NCBI GenBank assembly: GCA_965204735.1
Contig: OZ242008.1
Span: 672,001 to 736,000, forward strand
Direction of reading: 5' to 3'
Length of the DNA stretch: 64,000 nt
From: Longimicrobiales bacterium
GTDB lineage: Bacteria > Gemmatimonadota > Gemmatimonadetes > Longimicrobiales > Gaopeijiaceae
The notes under the pieces were generated by a model that saw only the letters and a program-made list of their open reading frames with translations, was not told the origin of the DNA and searched no databases. Below are positions 54,966 through 64,000 of this stretch, piece after piece. The position numbers and the translations under genes are program-made. Numbering within the stretch: the first letter of the stretch is position 1; each line of letters opens with the position of its first letter.

Positions 54966-56102
54966 ATGGACCCCTCCACCAACGAACCGCCCACTCTCAC
55001 CAAGCCGGAACGCCGCCGCCACGACCAGAGCTACAAGCGCCTCTTCAACACCGTGGCTGCCGTCGTGGCCCTCGTCCGCGACTTGGCGGCCAAGGGCTGG
55101 GCCGACCAGCTCGACCTGCTGGCCGTCGATCCGTTCCCCACCGAGACCGTGGGCCCCGACCTGCGGCGCCGGCTCTGCGACTGCGCTTGGCGCGTCCGGT
55201 TCAAGGACGGTCGATGGGCCGTCTTCCTCTTCGAGTTCCAGTCCTCCGTCGATCCGGGCATGGTCCTCAGGACGCTGCGCTACAGCGAGGCCGCCCACAC
55301 GGTGCTGCACACGCACGAGCGGCAGCGCAACCCCGACGACACCATGCCCCTCGTGCTCTCGTTCGTCGTCTACACCGGCACGAGGCCATGGACGGCCGAG
55401 ACGACGCTGGCCGGGCTGGCCGGCCGGGAGGAGCCGTCGCCGGTCGTGGCGCGGGCGGTCGCTGGCTTGGCGACCACTCACGGCTACGGGCTGCTTGACT
55501 TGCGGTCGGCGCTGGCGCAAGGGTTGCTTCCCAGGGAGAGCGTGCTGGGCTGGGTCGCTGCACTGGAGGAGGACCCGTGGACGAACTTTCCGGCGGTGCA
55601 CGGGAGGATGGCGGAGCAGTGGGCCGGCCCGGACTATCTTGCAGAGCGGCAGGCGTTCGCGGACTGGACGGACGAGCGGCTGCGTATGGTGGGGGTGCCG
55701 GAGGAGGCACGTCAGGACATCGTGGAGCAGATCATCCAACCGAAGGAGGAGGAAGAGATGGGCCAGACCTATGCGGAGTGGGCGGAGGGCCACCGGCAGC
55801 GGGGCCTGGAGCAGGGGCTCGAACAGGGGCTCCAGCAGGGACGTGAGCAGGGGCTCGAACGGGGACGCGAGCAGGGGCGTGAGCAGGGGCTCGAACGGGG
55901 ACTCGAGCAGGGGCGTGCGGAAGGCCGAGCGATCATGCTGCTGCGTCTGGCTTCGCGGCGGTTCGGAGCCCAGACGGCGCGACGGCTGGAGGCGCGGGTG
56001 CGCTCCATGAGCGCCGAGCAGCTGGCCCGGGTCGGGGACGCGGTCGTGGAGTGCGACACTGCCGACGAGTTCCTGGCCGTGGCCGGCAACAGCGACTCGT
56101 AG
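54966..56102 (+). CDS. Rpn family recombination-promoting nuclease / putative transposase (PD-(D/E)xK)
   Basis: HDQSYKRLF, RRLCDCAWRV, LFEFQSSVDPGMVLR, VVYTGTRPWTA, (EQGL)n repeats, DUF4351-like tail LASRRFG. Confidence 0.9.
   Translation: MDPSTNEPPTLTKPERRRHDQSYKRLFNTVAAVVALVRDLAAKGWADQLDLLAVDPFPTETVGPDLRRRLCDCAWRVRFKDGRWAVFLFEFQSSVDPGMVLRTLRYSEAAHTVLHTHERQRNPDDTMPLVLSFVVYTGTRPWTAETTLAGLAGREEPSPVVARAVAGLATTHGYGLLDLRSALAQGLLPRESVLGWVAALEEDPWTNFPAVHGRMAEQWAGPDYLAERQAFADWTDERLRMVGVPEEARQDIVEQIIQPKEEEEMGQTYAEWAEGHRQRGLEQGLEQGLQQGREQGLERGREQGREQGLERGLEQGRAEGRAIMLLRLASRRFGAQTARRLEARVRSMSAEQLARVGDAVVECDTADEFLAVAGNSDS
55758..56102 (+). CDS. Predicted nested in-frame small protein (RpnS-type antitoxin, 114 aa)
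   Basis: Purine run gaaggaggaggaagag immediately before in-frame ATG 55758 (MGQTYAEWAEGH...). Confidence 0.6.
   Translation: MGQTYAEWAEGHRQRGLEQGLEQGLQQGREQGLERGREQGREQGLERGLEQGRAEGRAIMLLRLASRRFGAQTARRLEARVRSMSAEQLARVGDAVVECDTADEFLAVAGNSDS
55797..55928 (+). repeat. 11 x 12-bp coding repeat (E/Q-Q/R-G-L/R)
   Basis: gagcaggggctc / gaacaggggctc / gagcaggggcgt etc. Confidence 0.9.
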
Positions 56103-56107
56103 TGGAC

Positions 56108-56174
56108 GGAAGGCGACCCCAAGCCGTCGCTTCCCGGCAGAGTCGGGCCAGTACTACTGCCTGGAAGCCCCGAC
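56108..56174. terminator. Two imperfect hairpins between convergent genes (possible terminator)
   Basis: ggaaggcgac...gtcgcttcc and gtcggg-ccag...ctgg...cccgac; no U-tract. Confidence 0.3.
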
Positions 56175-56178
56175 CCCC

Positions 56179-56904
56179 CTACCCGAACGGCACCACAAGT
56201 CCCGCCTGCAGCAGCAGAGTTCGGTTGCGCAGATCTTCCGGGTCGTCGGTCAATCTGGACAGTCCCAGGGTGTAGAGCCCCTCTGCGCCGAGCCGCAGGC
56301 CGGCAAAGAGCCCCACCTCCACTCCGGCGCCGGCGGCGACGCCGAAGTCCCAGCTGGCGACATTCAGTTCGTTGCCGTCTTCGTCGCACGTGCGGCTCAA
56401 GGTGATGTTCTGGGTCGTCGCCACGATCGTACACTTCAGCTGGTGGGCCACGGCCGGGCCGGCAAGGAAGTGGAGAGACACGGGTCCGTCCGGCGAGAGC
56501 GCTGCCTCGAACAGCGCTGAGAGTGCGACGTAGTCGAGTTGGGCGGTCCCCTCGGCCTGTCCGAACTCCGTCGAGGTGCTGCCTGTCGCGCCCTTCTGCA
56601 CGAAGCGCCCTTCGGCCCGGATGCCGAAGCGCTGGGCAACGGGCAGCGTCAGCGACGCACCGGCGACAAGCCCGCGACGAGACCCGTCGAGGCCTGGCAG
56701 GTTGGTTTCGGTCGCCAGCCTCGCCACGGCCACGCCTCCCCGAAGGGCGAGCTCGACCTGGGCGGCGACGGGAGACGCGACCCCGAGGGCGACAGCCGCT
56801 CCGAGCGCGACCGCCACCTGGGAGCCGGAGCCCGGAAAGACGCGCCGGACGCGGTTCCGGCGGACGCGTTCCGGAGCAGTGGATCGAGAGCGGAAGCAAC
56901 GCAT
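56179..56904 (-). CDS. Outer membrane beta-barrel (porin-family, OMP_b-brl-like) protein
   Basis: Signal peptide ending VAAQ, alternating beta pattern, EGRFVQKGA, LDYV, AGPAV, DFGVAAGAG, YTLGL, NRTLLLQAG..F. Confidence 0.8.
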   Translation of the reverse strand: MRCFRSRSTAPERVRRNRVRRVFPGSGSQVAVALGAAVALGVASPVAAQVELALRGGVAVARLATETNLPGLDGSRRGLVAGASLTLPVAQRFGIRAEGRFVQKGATGSTSTEFGQAEGTAQLDYVALSALFEAALSPDGPVSLHFLAGPAVAHQLKCTIVATTQNITLSRTCDEDGNELNVASWDFGVAAGAGVEVGLFAGLRLGAEGLYTLGLSRLTDDPEDLRNRTLLLQAGLVVPFG

Positions 56905-57002
56905 GGGAGCATCCATCCTTTCCGTTGTTGCCGGCGAACATGTCCGCCGGCTCATGTGGCCGAGCTGGGTCGGCGGCAAGCGCGCGCCGCAGAACGTCGG
57001 CG

Positions 57003-59273
57003 CTACCGCAGGTTGACCTGCACTCGAAACGTTCGGCCCGGCTGGGGCAGGCCGCACTGGTCGAACACCTTGGAGTCGGTGGCGTTGGACACGCCGATCG
57101 TTCCTTCCACTCTCCGCAGGAAGGAACCAGCGCCCCAGCGGAAGTTCCGGCGCGCCTCCAGGTCGAGGGTCGCGCTGGCGTCCAGCCGACCCTGGGCCGG
57201 CGACTCCACGTTTTCGCAGAACTGGTTGCCGCGGAAGTGCAGGAAGCCGGTGAAGGCCACCCGCCTCGGGCCTGCGACCGTCAGGTTCAAGTTGCCGGCG
57301 GCGGTGGGCTCGTACTCGGCGCGATGGTCGGAGCCGGGAGCCCCTGCGTCGCGGACTACGACGCGCTGCAGCGTCAAGTCGCCCCCGTAGGTCAGACGCC
57401 CCCAGGTCCCTGCCGCCAGGAACTCGACTCCGGTCGACAGGATTTCGTCCCGATTGACCCGCTGGAAGCGGGTGCCCTCGGGAGTGACGACGCGGCTGCG
57501 CACGATCCCTTCGTAGAGGTGGTGGTGGAAGCCGACGAGCTGCAGGTGGGCTTCCTCCACATCGAAGGTGACCCCCGCTTCGGCGGCGACGAGCTGCTCG
57601 GGGTGAAGTCCCGGGTTCGGCTCGAAGCGGCCCAGGGCGCCGGAGTAGAGTTCGCGCAGCGAAGGGAATCGAGTTCGGCGGCTGACGCCGGCGTGGTAGC
57701 GCACGTTCCCCCCGCGAGCCGCGTAAGTCGCTCCCGCCCGCAATCCCCAGTCCCACATGACGCCCAGCGGGGGCTTGTCTCCCGAAAGAGGCGTGTCCGC
57801 GCCGTCCAGGGCGCCGCCCAGGCTCACCCGCAGACCGCCGTCTCGGCCGTTGGGCGCACCACTTCCCCGTTCGCCCTCGCCGACGGCGCCCGCGTCGCCT
57901 CGGCTTCCTCCAAGGAGTCGGGCAGGGTTCGTCTCGATTTCGGCGCCCAGGCTCCACAAGCGCTGCTCGTAGCGAAACCGGTCGGCCGACGGAAAGCTCT
58001 CGGCGTGAGCGACGTCGGCCACGGTCAGCGCGCTTCGCACCTCCAGCGCGTTCCGGAACACATGGTCCGCCAGCAGCCGACCAGTGAGGGTCGTTGTGAC
58101 GCCGGTCTCGCCGTTCACCACGGTCTGGTACCCCGCCGTGGCGTACTCGTCGATCTCGGAGACGGAGCGGTCGATCCCGAAGCTGGCCTCCAGGTCGCCC
58201 CGTCCCCACCGCGTCGGACGCTCTCCCGAGCCGCCGGAGAGGGTCGCGAAGATGCGGCCCTGGTTCGGGTACCGCCACAACCGCGGGTCCGCCACGTGCG
58301 CCTCCGGAGGGACGCCTCGGGTCACGTCCGAGACCGCCGCCAGCCCCGACGCCCAAGCGCCTCCCGTGCGCAGGTAGTGCGCCGAGACGAAGCCGTCCAG
58401 TTGCCGCCTGTCCGAGTTCAGCCGCTGCGCGGTGCCCCGCTGGCCGGCGAGGAACTCCAGTCGCAAGGCTGGATCATTGAAGGCGTCTTCGGGAACCGGG
58501 ACCCCTGGGCGGTTTCGGTAGCTGGCGCCGCCGCGCACCACCCAGCTCGAGTAGTTCCGCTCGAGCAGGGTCCCGCCGGCGGCGGTCGCGTTCCTTCCGC
58601 CGCTGGGGGCCAAGGAGAGCGCCCCCGTCCACGTCGGCGACGCCCGGTGGGACGTTCCCCGGGCCACGTCGAACTCCAGCGCGCCGCCCAGGACGTTGGG
58701 GCCGTGGACCATCGACGACAGACCCCGGAGGAGGGTCATCTGGCGCACCGCCGTCATGGGAATCACGGACAGATCGGTCCGGTGGTCCCAGCCCAAGGTC
58801 AGGGGTATGCCGTCGAGCAGCACCGCGATCTGCCTGTCCTCTGCGCCCCGCAGGGCGGGCTGGGCCTCGCCTCGGGAGTTGGCGCGGATCTGGATCAGCG
58901 GCATCCGTCGCAGGAAGTCCTCCATGGTGGGAGCGGCCAGGACGCCGGCCGAGTCCACCGACACCTCCACCGCGCTGGTGCCCCCGGTGGTGGTCGTGGG
59001 GCGCGGGACCTCCACCCGCACGCCCTCGACCGGCACCACGGCCACCGAGTCCTGGACCCGTGAGAGTGCCCCGGGCGAAGCCCCTGGCGCGGGCGGCGTC
59101 GTGGGCGCCGCCGCCGCCGGTGCGCTCCAGGCGACGAGCGCAAGAGCAGCGGCGGCCAGATGCGCCGAAGACCGAAGCGCCTGCGGCCCCGCCGAACTCC
59201 GCGACCCCGCCGACTGCCGCAACCGGCGTCCGGTCGTCGCCCGCCCTGGCGTCTCTGCTTCTTGCCTAGTCAT
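57003..59273 (-). CDS. TonB-dependent receptor
   Basis: Signal peptide, plug (PALRG...VLLDGIPL...LLRGLSSMVHGPNVLGG), RFPSLRELY, PNPGLHPE, C-terminal PGRTFRVQVNLR. Confidence 0.9.
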   Translation of the reverse strand: MTRQEAETPGRATTGRRLRQSAGSRSSAGPQALRSSAHLAAAALALVAWSAPAAAAPTTPPAPGASPGALSRVQDSVAVVPVEGVRVEVPRPTTTTGGTSAVEVSVDSAGVLAAPTMEDFLRRMPLIQIRANSRGEAQPALRGAEDRQIAVLLDGIPLTLGWDHRTDLSVIPMTAVRQMTLLRGLSSMVHGPNVLGGALEFDVARGTSHRASPTWTGALSLAPSGGRNATAAGGTLLERNYSSWVVRGGASYRNRPGVPVPEDAFNDPALRLEFLAGQRGTAQRLNSDRRQLDGFVSAHYLRTGGAWASGLAAVSDVTRGVPPEAHVADPRLWRYPNQGRIFATLSGGSGERPTRWGRGDLEASFGIDRSVSEIDEYATAGYQTVVNGETGVTTTLTGRLLADHVFRNALEVRSALTVADVAHAESFPSADRFRYEQRLWSLGAEIETNPARLLGGSRGDAGAVGEGERGSGAPNGRDGGLRVSLGGALDGADTPLSGDKPPLGVMWDWGLRAGATYAARGGNVRYHAGVSRRTRFPSLRELYSGALGRFEPNPGLHPEQLVAAEAGVTFDVEEAHLQLVGFHHHLYEGIVRSRVVTPEGTRFQRVNRDEILSTGVEFLAAGTWGRLTYGGDLTLQRVVVRDAGAPGSDHRAEYEPTAAGNLNLTVAGPRRVAFTGFLHFRGNQFCENVESPAQGRLDASATLDLEARRNFRWGAGSFLRRVEGTIGVSNATDSKVFDQCGLPQPGRTFRVQVNLR

Positions 59274-59395
59274 CTCCCGGTGCCCGTTTCTCGACTTTCT
59301 CGCCCAATTCGTCCGCTCCCGGCGGCAGCCCGAGTGCCCCGACTTTCAGTGCGCTCAACGGTTGGACCCCGGATCGGCCCGAATTGTTCCGCGCG

Positions 59396-61570
59396 CTACT
59401 CGCGCACGCGCCGACGCACCTGCCGGCGCACGGCCTCGCACACCGCGTCGGTGGTGATCCCGTACCGCCGGTAGACTTCCTCATGCGGCGCCGAGGCCCC
59501 GAAGCGGTCGATGCCGACGGCTGCTCCCCCCGTTCCCAGCCAGCGGTCCCAGCCCATGGAAGCGCCGGCCTCGACGGAGACCCTTGGCACGCCCTCGGGC
59601 AGCACCTCCGCCCGGTACTCGGCGGACTGGGCGGCGAAGAGGCGCCAGCTGGGAAGACTCGCCACCCGAACCCCCACGCCTTCCCCGGCCAAGCGGCTCT
59701 GGGCTTCCAGCGCCAAGGCGACTTCCGAGCCGGAGGCGAGGATCACCGCGTCGATCCCCCTGGAGCTGCGCGCGACTCGGCCGTCGGCGGCAAGCTCGCC
59801 GCCGGCGGTCCGCTCCCCGTCGGGGACGTCCTGGTCGGGGCCGTCCTCGTCGACCGCCGGCGCCTCCGCACGCCCCACCGGCTCCCGCAGCACGTACCCG
59901 CCCCGGTGGAGTCCCTTGGCGGACCCGGTCCCGGGTGCCTTCCGGTCGATCACCGGCACCGTCTGGCGGGTCAGGGAGAGGAACGACGGGCCGGTCGCGT
60001 TCCCCAGCGCCGCTCGCCACGCCTCCACCGTCTCCGGGCCGTCGGCGGGGCGCAGATCCAGCAGCCCGGGAATCGCGCGCAGGGCGGCCAAGTGCTCCAC
60101 GGGCTGGTGGGTCGGCCCGTCCTCGCCCAGCCCGATGCTGTCGTGGGTGAAGACGTGGACGACCGGAAGCCCCATCAGCGCCGCCAGCCGGATCGCCGGC
60201 CGCATGTAGTCGGAAAAGACGAGGAAGGTGCCGCCGAAGGGCCGGACGCCCCCGTGGAGGGCTATGCCGTTCATGATCGCCCCCATGGCGTGCTCCCGGA
60301 CGCCGAAGTGGACGATCCGCCCGCCGGGCGCGCTCGCCAGCAAGTCGCCTCCGCCGACGATGTCGGTCTTGTTCGACCCCCCCAAGTCGGCGGAGCCCCC
60401 GACCATGTTGGGCAACGCGCGCGCCGCAGCCTGGAGCGCCTTCCCCGAGTGGTTGCGCGTGGCGGTGGCAGGCGCCTCCGACAGATCCGGCAGGGCGTCG
60501 TCCCAGCCCTTGGGCAGCTTCCCGGCCAGCTCCGCCTCCATCGCCGTCGCAGCATCCGGGTGCGCGGCCCGATACGCGTCGAAGCGCCGTCGCCAAGCCG
60601 CCTGCCGCTCCGCTCCCCGAGCCACGCACTGCCGCCAGTGCTCCAGCGCCGCCGGCTCCACATGGAACGGCTCCAGCGACGGGTAGCCGATCGCGCGCTT
60701 CGTGGCCTCCACCTCTCCGGCCCCCAGGGGCGCCCCGTGGGTCGAGGCCAGCCCGGCCATGTTGGGGCTGCCTTCGGCGATCGTCGTGCGCAGCACGATC
60801 AGCGTCGGCCGCTCCGTCTCCGCCTTGGCGGCGGCCAGGGCCGCGTCGATCTCCTCCAGGTCGGTTCCGTCTTCCACCGAGAGCGTGTGCCATCCGTAGC
60901 CCTCGAAGCGACGAGCCTGGTCCGTGGCCGTGGCCAGCGCCGTGTCGCCCTCGATCGTGATCCGGTTGTCGTCGAAGATCCACGTGAGCTTGCCTAGCCG
61001 CTGGTGTCCGGCGATCTCGGCCGCCTCGTGGGAGAGGCCCTCCATGAGGTCGCCGTCGGAGCAGACGGCCCACGTGCGGTGGTCCACGACCCGGTGGCCG
61101 GGACGGTTCCAGCGCTCCGCCAGCCAGCGCTCCGCCAGCGCCATTCCCACCGTGTTGGCGACGCCCTGCCCGAGGGGTCCCGTCGTGGTCTCGACGCCGG
61201 CCGTGTGGCCGTGCTCCGGGTGGCCGGGCGTCTTGCTTCCCCACTGGCGGAAGTTGCGCACCTCGTCCAGCGACAGCTCGTACCCCGTCAGATGGAGCAG
61301 GCTGTAGAGGAGCATCGAGGCGTGGCCCGCCGAGAGCACGAAGCGGTCCCGGTCCGGCCACTTCGGGTCCCTCGGGTTGTGGCGCAGGTGGCGGGTCCAG
61401 AGGACGTAGCCGACGGGGGCCAGGGCCATGGGGGCGCCCGGATGTCCCGAGGCGGCCGCCTGCACCGCATCCATGGAGAGGACCTTGACCGCGTCCACGG
61501 CGAGCTTCTCGACCGAGCCGCTCGCCGCCCGCTCCTGGAATCCGCCGGAAGGAGCCGCAGCCGAAGTCAT
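59396..61570 (-). CDS. tkt: Transketolase
   Basis: [63 protein letters not shown] overlap with leuS stop. Confidence 0.97.
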   Translation of the reverse strand: MTSAAAPSGGFQERAASGSVEKLAVDAVKVLSMDAVQAAASGHPGAPMALAPVGYVLWTRHLRHNPRDPKWPDRDRFVLSAGHASMLLYSLLHLTGYELSLDEVRNFRQWGSKTPGHPEHGHTAGVETTTGPLGQGVANTVGMALAERWLAERWNRPGHRVVDHRTWAVCSDGDLMEGLSHEAAEIAGHQRLGKLTWIFDDNRITIEGDTALATATDQARRFEGYGWHTLSVEDGTDLEEIDAALAAAKAETERPTLIVLRTTIAEGSPNMAGLASTHGAPLGAGEVEATKRAIGYPSLEPFHVEPAALEHWRQCVARGAERQAAWRRRFDAYRAAHPDAATAMEAELAGKLPKGWDDALPDLSEAPATATRNHSGKALQAAARALPNMVGGSADLGGSNKTDIVGGGDLLASAPGGRIVHFGVREHAMGAIMNGIALHGGVRPFGGTFLVFSDYMRPAIRLAALMGLPVVHVFTHDSIGLGEDGPTHQPVEHLAALRAIPGLLDLRPADGPETVEAWRAALGNATGPSFLSLTRQTVPVIDRKAPGTGSAKGLHRGGYVLREPVGRAEAPAVDEDGPDQDVPDGERTAGGELAADGRVARSSRGIDAVILASGSEVALALEAQSRLAGEGVGVRVASLPSWRLFAAQSAEYRAEVLPEGVPRVSVEAGASMGWDRWLGTGGAAVGIDRFGASAPHEEVYRRYGITTDAVCEAVRRQVRRRVRE

Positions 61571-63999
61571 GCGGCCACGAAGTTGAGGAGGCGGTCCGGC
61601 ACATGCACGATCTTCCGCACCTTCAAGCCGTCGAGGTGTCGCGCCACGTTCCCCTCGGTGCGGGCCAGCGCCGCCACCGCGTCCCGCTCCGACCCCGCCG
61701 GCGCCGACACCGTGGCCCGCACCCGGCCGTTCACCTGCACCGCGATCCTCACCTGCTTCTCGGCCGCCTTCTCCGGGTCGAACGCCGGCCAGTGGGCGCC
61801 GTCGAAGATGCTGCCCCGCCGCCCCATCCTCCGCCAAAGCTCCTCGGCGACATGGGGCGCGAACGGCGCGACCATGCGCACCAGCGGCTCGATCTCCCCC
61901 CGGCGCGGCGCCCTCCCCCCGGCCCTGGCCGCGTTCAAGTACTCCATCATCGCCGCGATCGCCGTGTTGTAGCGCAGCTCGGCCAGCTGCTCCGTCACTT
62001 GGCGGATCGTCTGGTGAAGCTTCCGCTCCACGGCCGGCTCCGGCGGCTCGTCGGGCGCCTCGCCCTCTCGCGGCGCCACCGACTCCCACAGGCGATGCAG
62101 GAAGCCGTGAGGCCCCGCAATCCCCTTGTCCTGGTAGTCGCCCCCCTCCAGGAACGGCCCCAGGAACATGAGGTAGAGCCGGAAGGTGTCGGCGCCGTAC
62201 TTCTCGATGATCGCGTCGGGGATGATCACGTTCCCCTTGCTCTTCGACATCTTGGCGCCCTCCCGGATGATCAGGCCGTGCGCGCGAAATCGGTCGTAGG
62301 GCTCCTCGAACGCCAGCAGTCCCATGTCGTGGAGCGCCATGACGACGAAGCGCGAATACAGCAGGTGCAGGACCGCGTGTTCGTTGCCCCCGATGTAGGC
62401 GTCCACCGGGAGCCAGCGTCGGGTGATCTCGTCGTCGAAGGGACGATCGGCGAAATCGGTGGACGGGTAGCGGAGAAAGTACCAGGCGCTGTCCACGAAG
62501 ACGTCGGAAACATCTGTTTCACGGACAGCGTCGCGGTCGCAGGCGGGGCAGGGGACCTCGTACCACTCCTGGATCCGCGCCAGGGGGCTGACGCCGGAGT
62601 CGTCGGGCCTGAAGTCCTCTGCATGAGGAAGCACGACGGGCAGCTCCTCCTCGGGCACCGGAACCGGCCCGCACGCATCGCAGTGGACGATGGGGATCGG
62701 CGGCCCCCAGTATCGCTGCCGCGACACGCACCAGTCGTGGAGGCGGTAGTTGACCTTCCGCTCGGCCAGCCCGCGGGCGGCCAGGTCGTCCACCACCGCG
62801 CGCTTCGCGTCGGCGACGGACATGCCGTCGTAGCGCCCCGAGTTGACCAGGACGCCGGCGTGGGTCTCGTACGCCGCGACGGGCTCGCCTTTCCCGCCGC
62901 CTCCCTCCCCGGGCGGCAGCACCACCGGGACGATCGGCAGGCCGAAGGCGGAGGCGAAGTCGAAGTCGCGCTGATCGTGGCCCGGCACCGCCATGATCGC
63001 CCCGGTCCCGTACCCCATGAGCACGTAGTCGGCAACCCACACCGGCACCGGCCGTCCCGTCGCCGGGTTGACGCAGAAGCCTCCGGTGAAGACCCCCGTC
63101 TTCTCCTTGTCGGCCTTCTGGCGGGCCACCAGATCCATCGCCTTGGTGCGCGCCCGGTACTCGTCCACGGCCCGGCGGCGGGAGTCGGCGGTGATCCGGT
63201 CCACCATCGGGTGCTCCGGGGCCAGCACGACGTAGGTCGCGCCGAAGACTGTGTCGGGGCGCGTGGTGAAGACGGGAACGGCCGCTTCGGGCTCGCCGAA
63301 GGAATCCAGCCGTTCGTCGCCGGAGTCGGCCACGCCGGAGTCGGCCGCCCCGGCCCCGGCTCCAGCCACCGGAAAGCGCAGCTCCGCGCCCTCGGATCGC
63401 CCGATCCAGTTGCTCTGCGCCTTCAGAGTGGCGGCCGACCAGTCGATGTGGTCCAGGTTCTTCAGGAGCCTTTCGGCGTACTCGGTGATCTTGAAGAACC
63501 ACTGGCGGATCTGCCGCTGCTCCACCGGCGTGACGCACCGCTCGCACTCGCCGGCGATCACCTGCTCGTTGGCCAGCACCGTCATGCAGGACGGGCACCA
63601 GTTGACCGGCGCCTCCTTCTGCACCGCCAGTCCTCGCTTGAAGAACTGCACGAAGATCCACTGCGTCCATCCGTAGTAGCGGACGTCGGTGGTGTCCACG
63701 GTGTGGGTCCAGTCGAACATCCCCCCGATCCGGCGCAGCTGGCGACGGAAGTTGGCCACGTTGCGGGGGATCAGCTCCATCGGGTGCACGCCGGTCTTCA
63801 GGGCGAAGTTCTCCGAGTGGATGCCGAAGGCGTCGAAGCCGATCGGCTCGAATACGTCGTAGCCCTGCATCCGTTTGAAGCGGCCGTGCACGTCGGCGCC
63901 GGTGAAGGCGTAGATGTTGCCCACGTGGAGCCCCTCGGCGGAGGGGTAGGGGAACATCATCAGGTTGAAGAAGGGCCGGCGCGCGGTGCGCAGCTCCTC
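61567..63999 (-). CDS. leuS: Leucine--tRNA ligase, 5'-truncated by the window edge
   Basis: MFPYPS, HVGN (HIGH variant), [43 protein letters not shown]. Confidence 0.97.
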   Translation of the reverse strand, partial: EELRTARRPFFNLMMFPYPSAEGLHVGNIYAFTGADVHGRFKRMQGYDVFEPIGFDAFGIHSENFALKTGVHPMELIPRNVANFRRQLRRIGGMFDWTHTVDTTDVRYYGWTQWIFVQFFKRGLAVQKEAPVNWCPSCMTVLANEQVIAGECERCVTPVEQRQIRQWFFKITEYAERLLKNLDHIDWSAATLKAQSNWIGRSEGAELRFPVAGAGAGAADSGVADSGDERLDSFGEPEAAVPVFTTRPDTVFGATYVVLAPEHPMVDRITADSRRRAVDEYRARTKAMDLVARQKADKEKTGVFTGGFCVNPATGRPVPVWVADYVLMGYGTGAIMAVPGHDQRDFDFASAFGLPIVPVVLPPGEGGGGKGEPVAAYETHAGVLVNSGRYDGMSVADAKRAVVDDLAARGLAERKVNYRLHDWCVSRQRYWGPPIPIVHCDACGPVPVPEEELPVVLPHAEDFRPDDSGVSPLARIQEWYEVPCPACDRDAVRETDVSDVFVDSAWYFLRYPSTDFADRPFDDEITRRWLPVDAYIGGNEHAVLHLLYSRFVVMALHDMGLLAFEEPYDRFRAHGLIIREGAKMSKSKGNVIIPDAIIEKYGADTFRLYLMFLGPFLEGGDYQDKGIAGPHGFLHRLWESVAPREGEAPDEPPEPAVERKLHQTIRQVTEQLAELRYNTAIAAMMEYLNAARAGGRAPRRGEIEPLVRMVAPFAPHVAEELWRRMGRRGSIFDGAHWPAFDPEKAAEKQVRIAVQVNGRVRATVSAPAGSERDAVAALARTEGNVARHLDGLKVRKIVHVPDRLLNFVAA

Positions 64000-64000
64000 C

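Noticed and set aside
54651..56178. Rpn locus as an IS element
   Set aside because: No terminal inverted repeats or target-site duplication seen; the family's transposase label is historical
63915..63932. LeuS HVGN instead of canonical HIGH/HMGH as a sign of inactivation
   Set aside because: All other LeuRS motifs are intact; treated as a natural variant

Overview
Very GC-rich bacterial chromosomal segment. Gene content and order suggest Gemmatimonadota, and the LRR-metalloprotease and Rpn genes hint at a host- or sponge-associated lineage (both inferences). Most of the window is housekeeping: prfA-prmC-ylbF-CDP-alcohol transferase-ino1-tmk-S41 protease-asparaginase II-obgE-dprA-hemW-hrcA-dnaJ; yebC-ruvCAB-queA-tgt-yajC-def-fmt; thiE-thiS-thiG-rsmB-PASTA-TlpA-CdaR-tsaD-lgt-phosphoesterase-tamA/B-htpX-uvrA; CesT-like-pspA-dat; and on the minus strand leuS(partial)-tkt-TonB receptor-beta-barrel. 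Three accessory pieces stand out. (1) A defence-island-like left end (1-5400): an AT-richer SDH/Clp-fold serine protease with a near-consensus promoter, a 72-aa protein and a DUF499 ATPase, tightly coupled, plus an orphan HicB. (2) A lipoprotein with Ig-like, 12 eukaryote-type LRR and M66-like metalloprotease domains inserted between fmt and thiE. (3) An Rpn PD-(D/E)xK nuclease with a strong internal RBS+ATG predicting a nested in-frame antitoxin. Short tandem duplications are frequent, and two intergenic ~61-bp-period repeat clusters occur. No tRNA, rRNA, cas gene or convincing CRISPR array was seen. All family assignments come from motif recognition by eye, not database searches.
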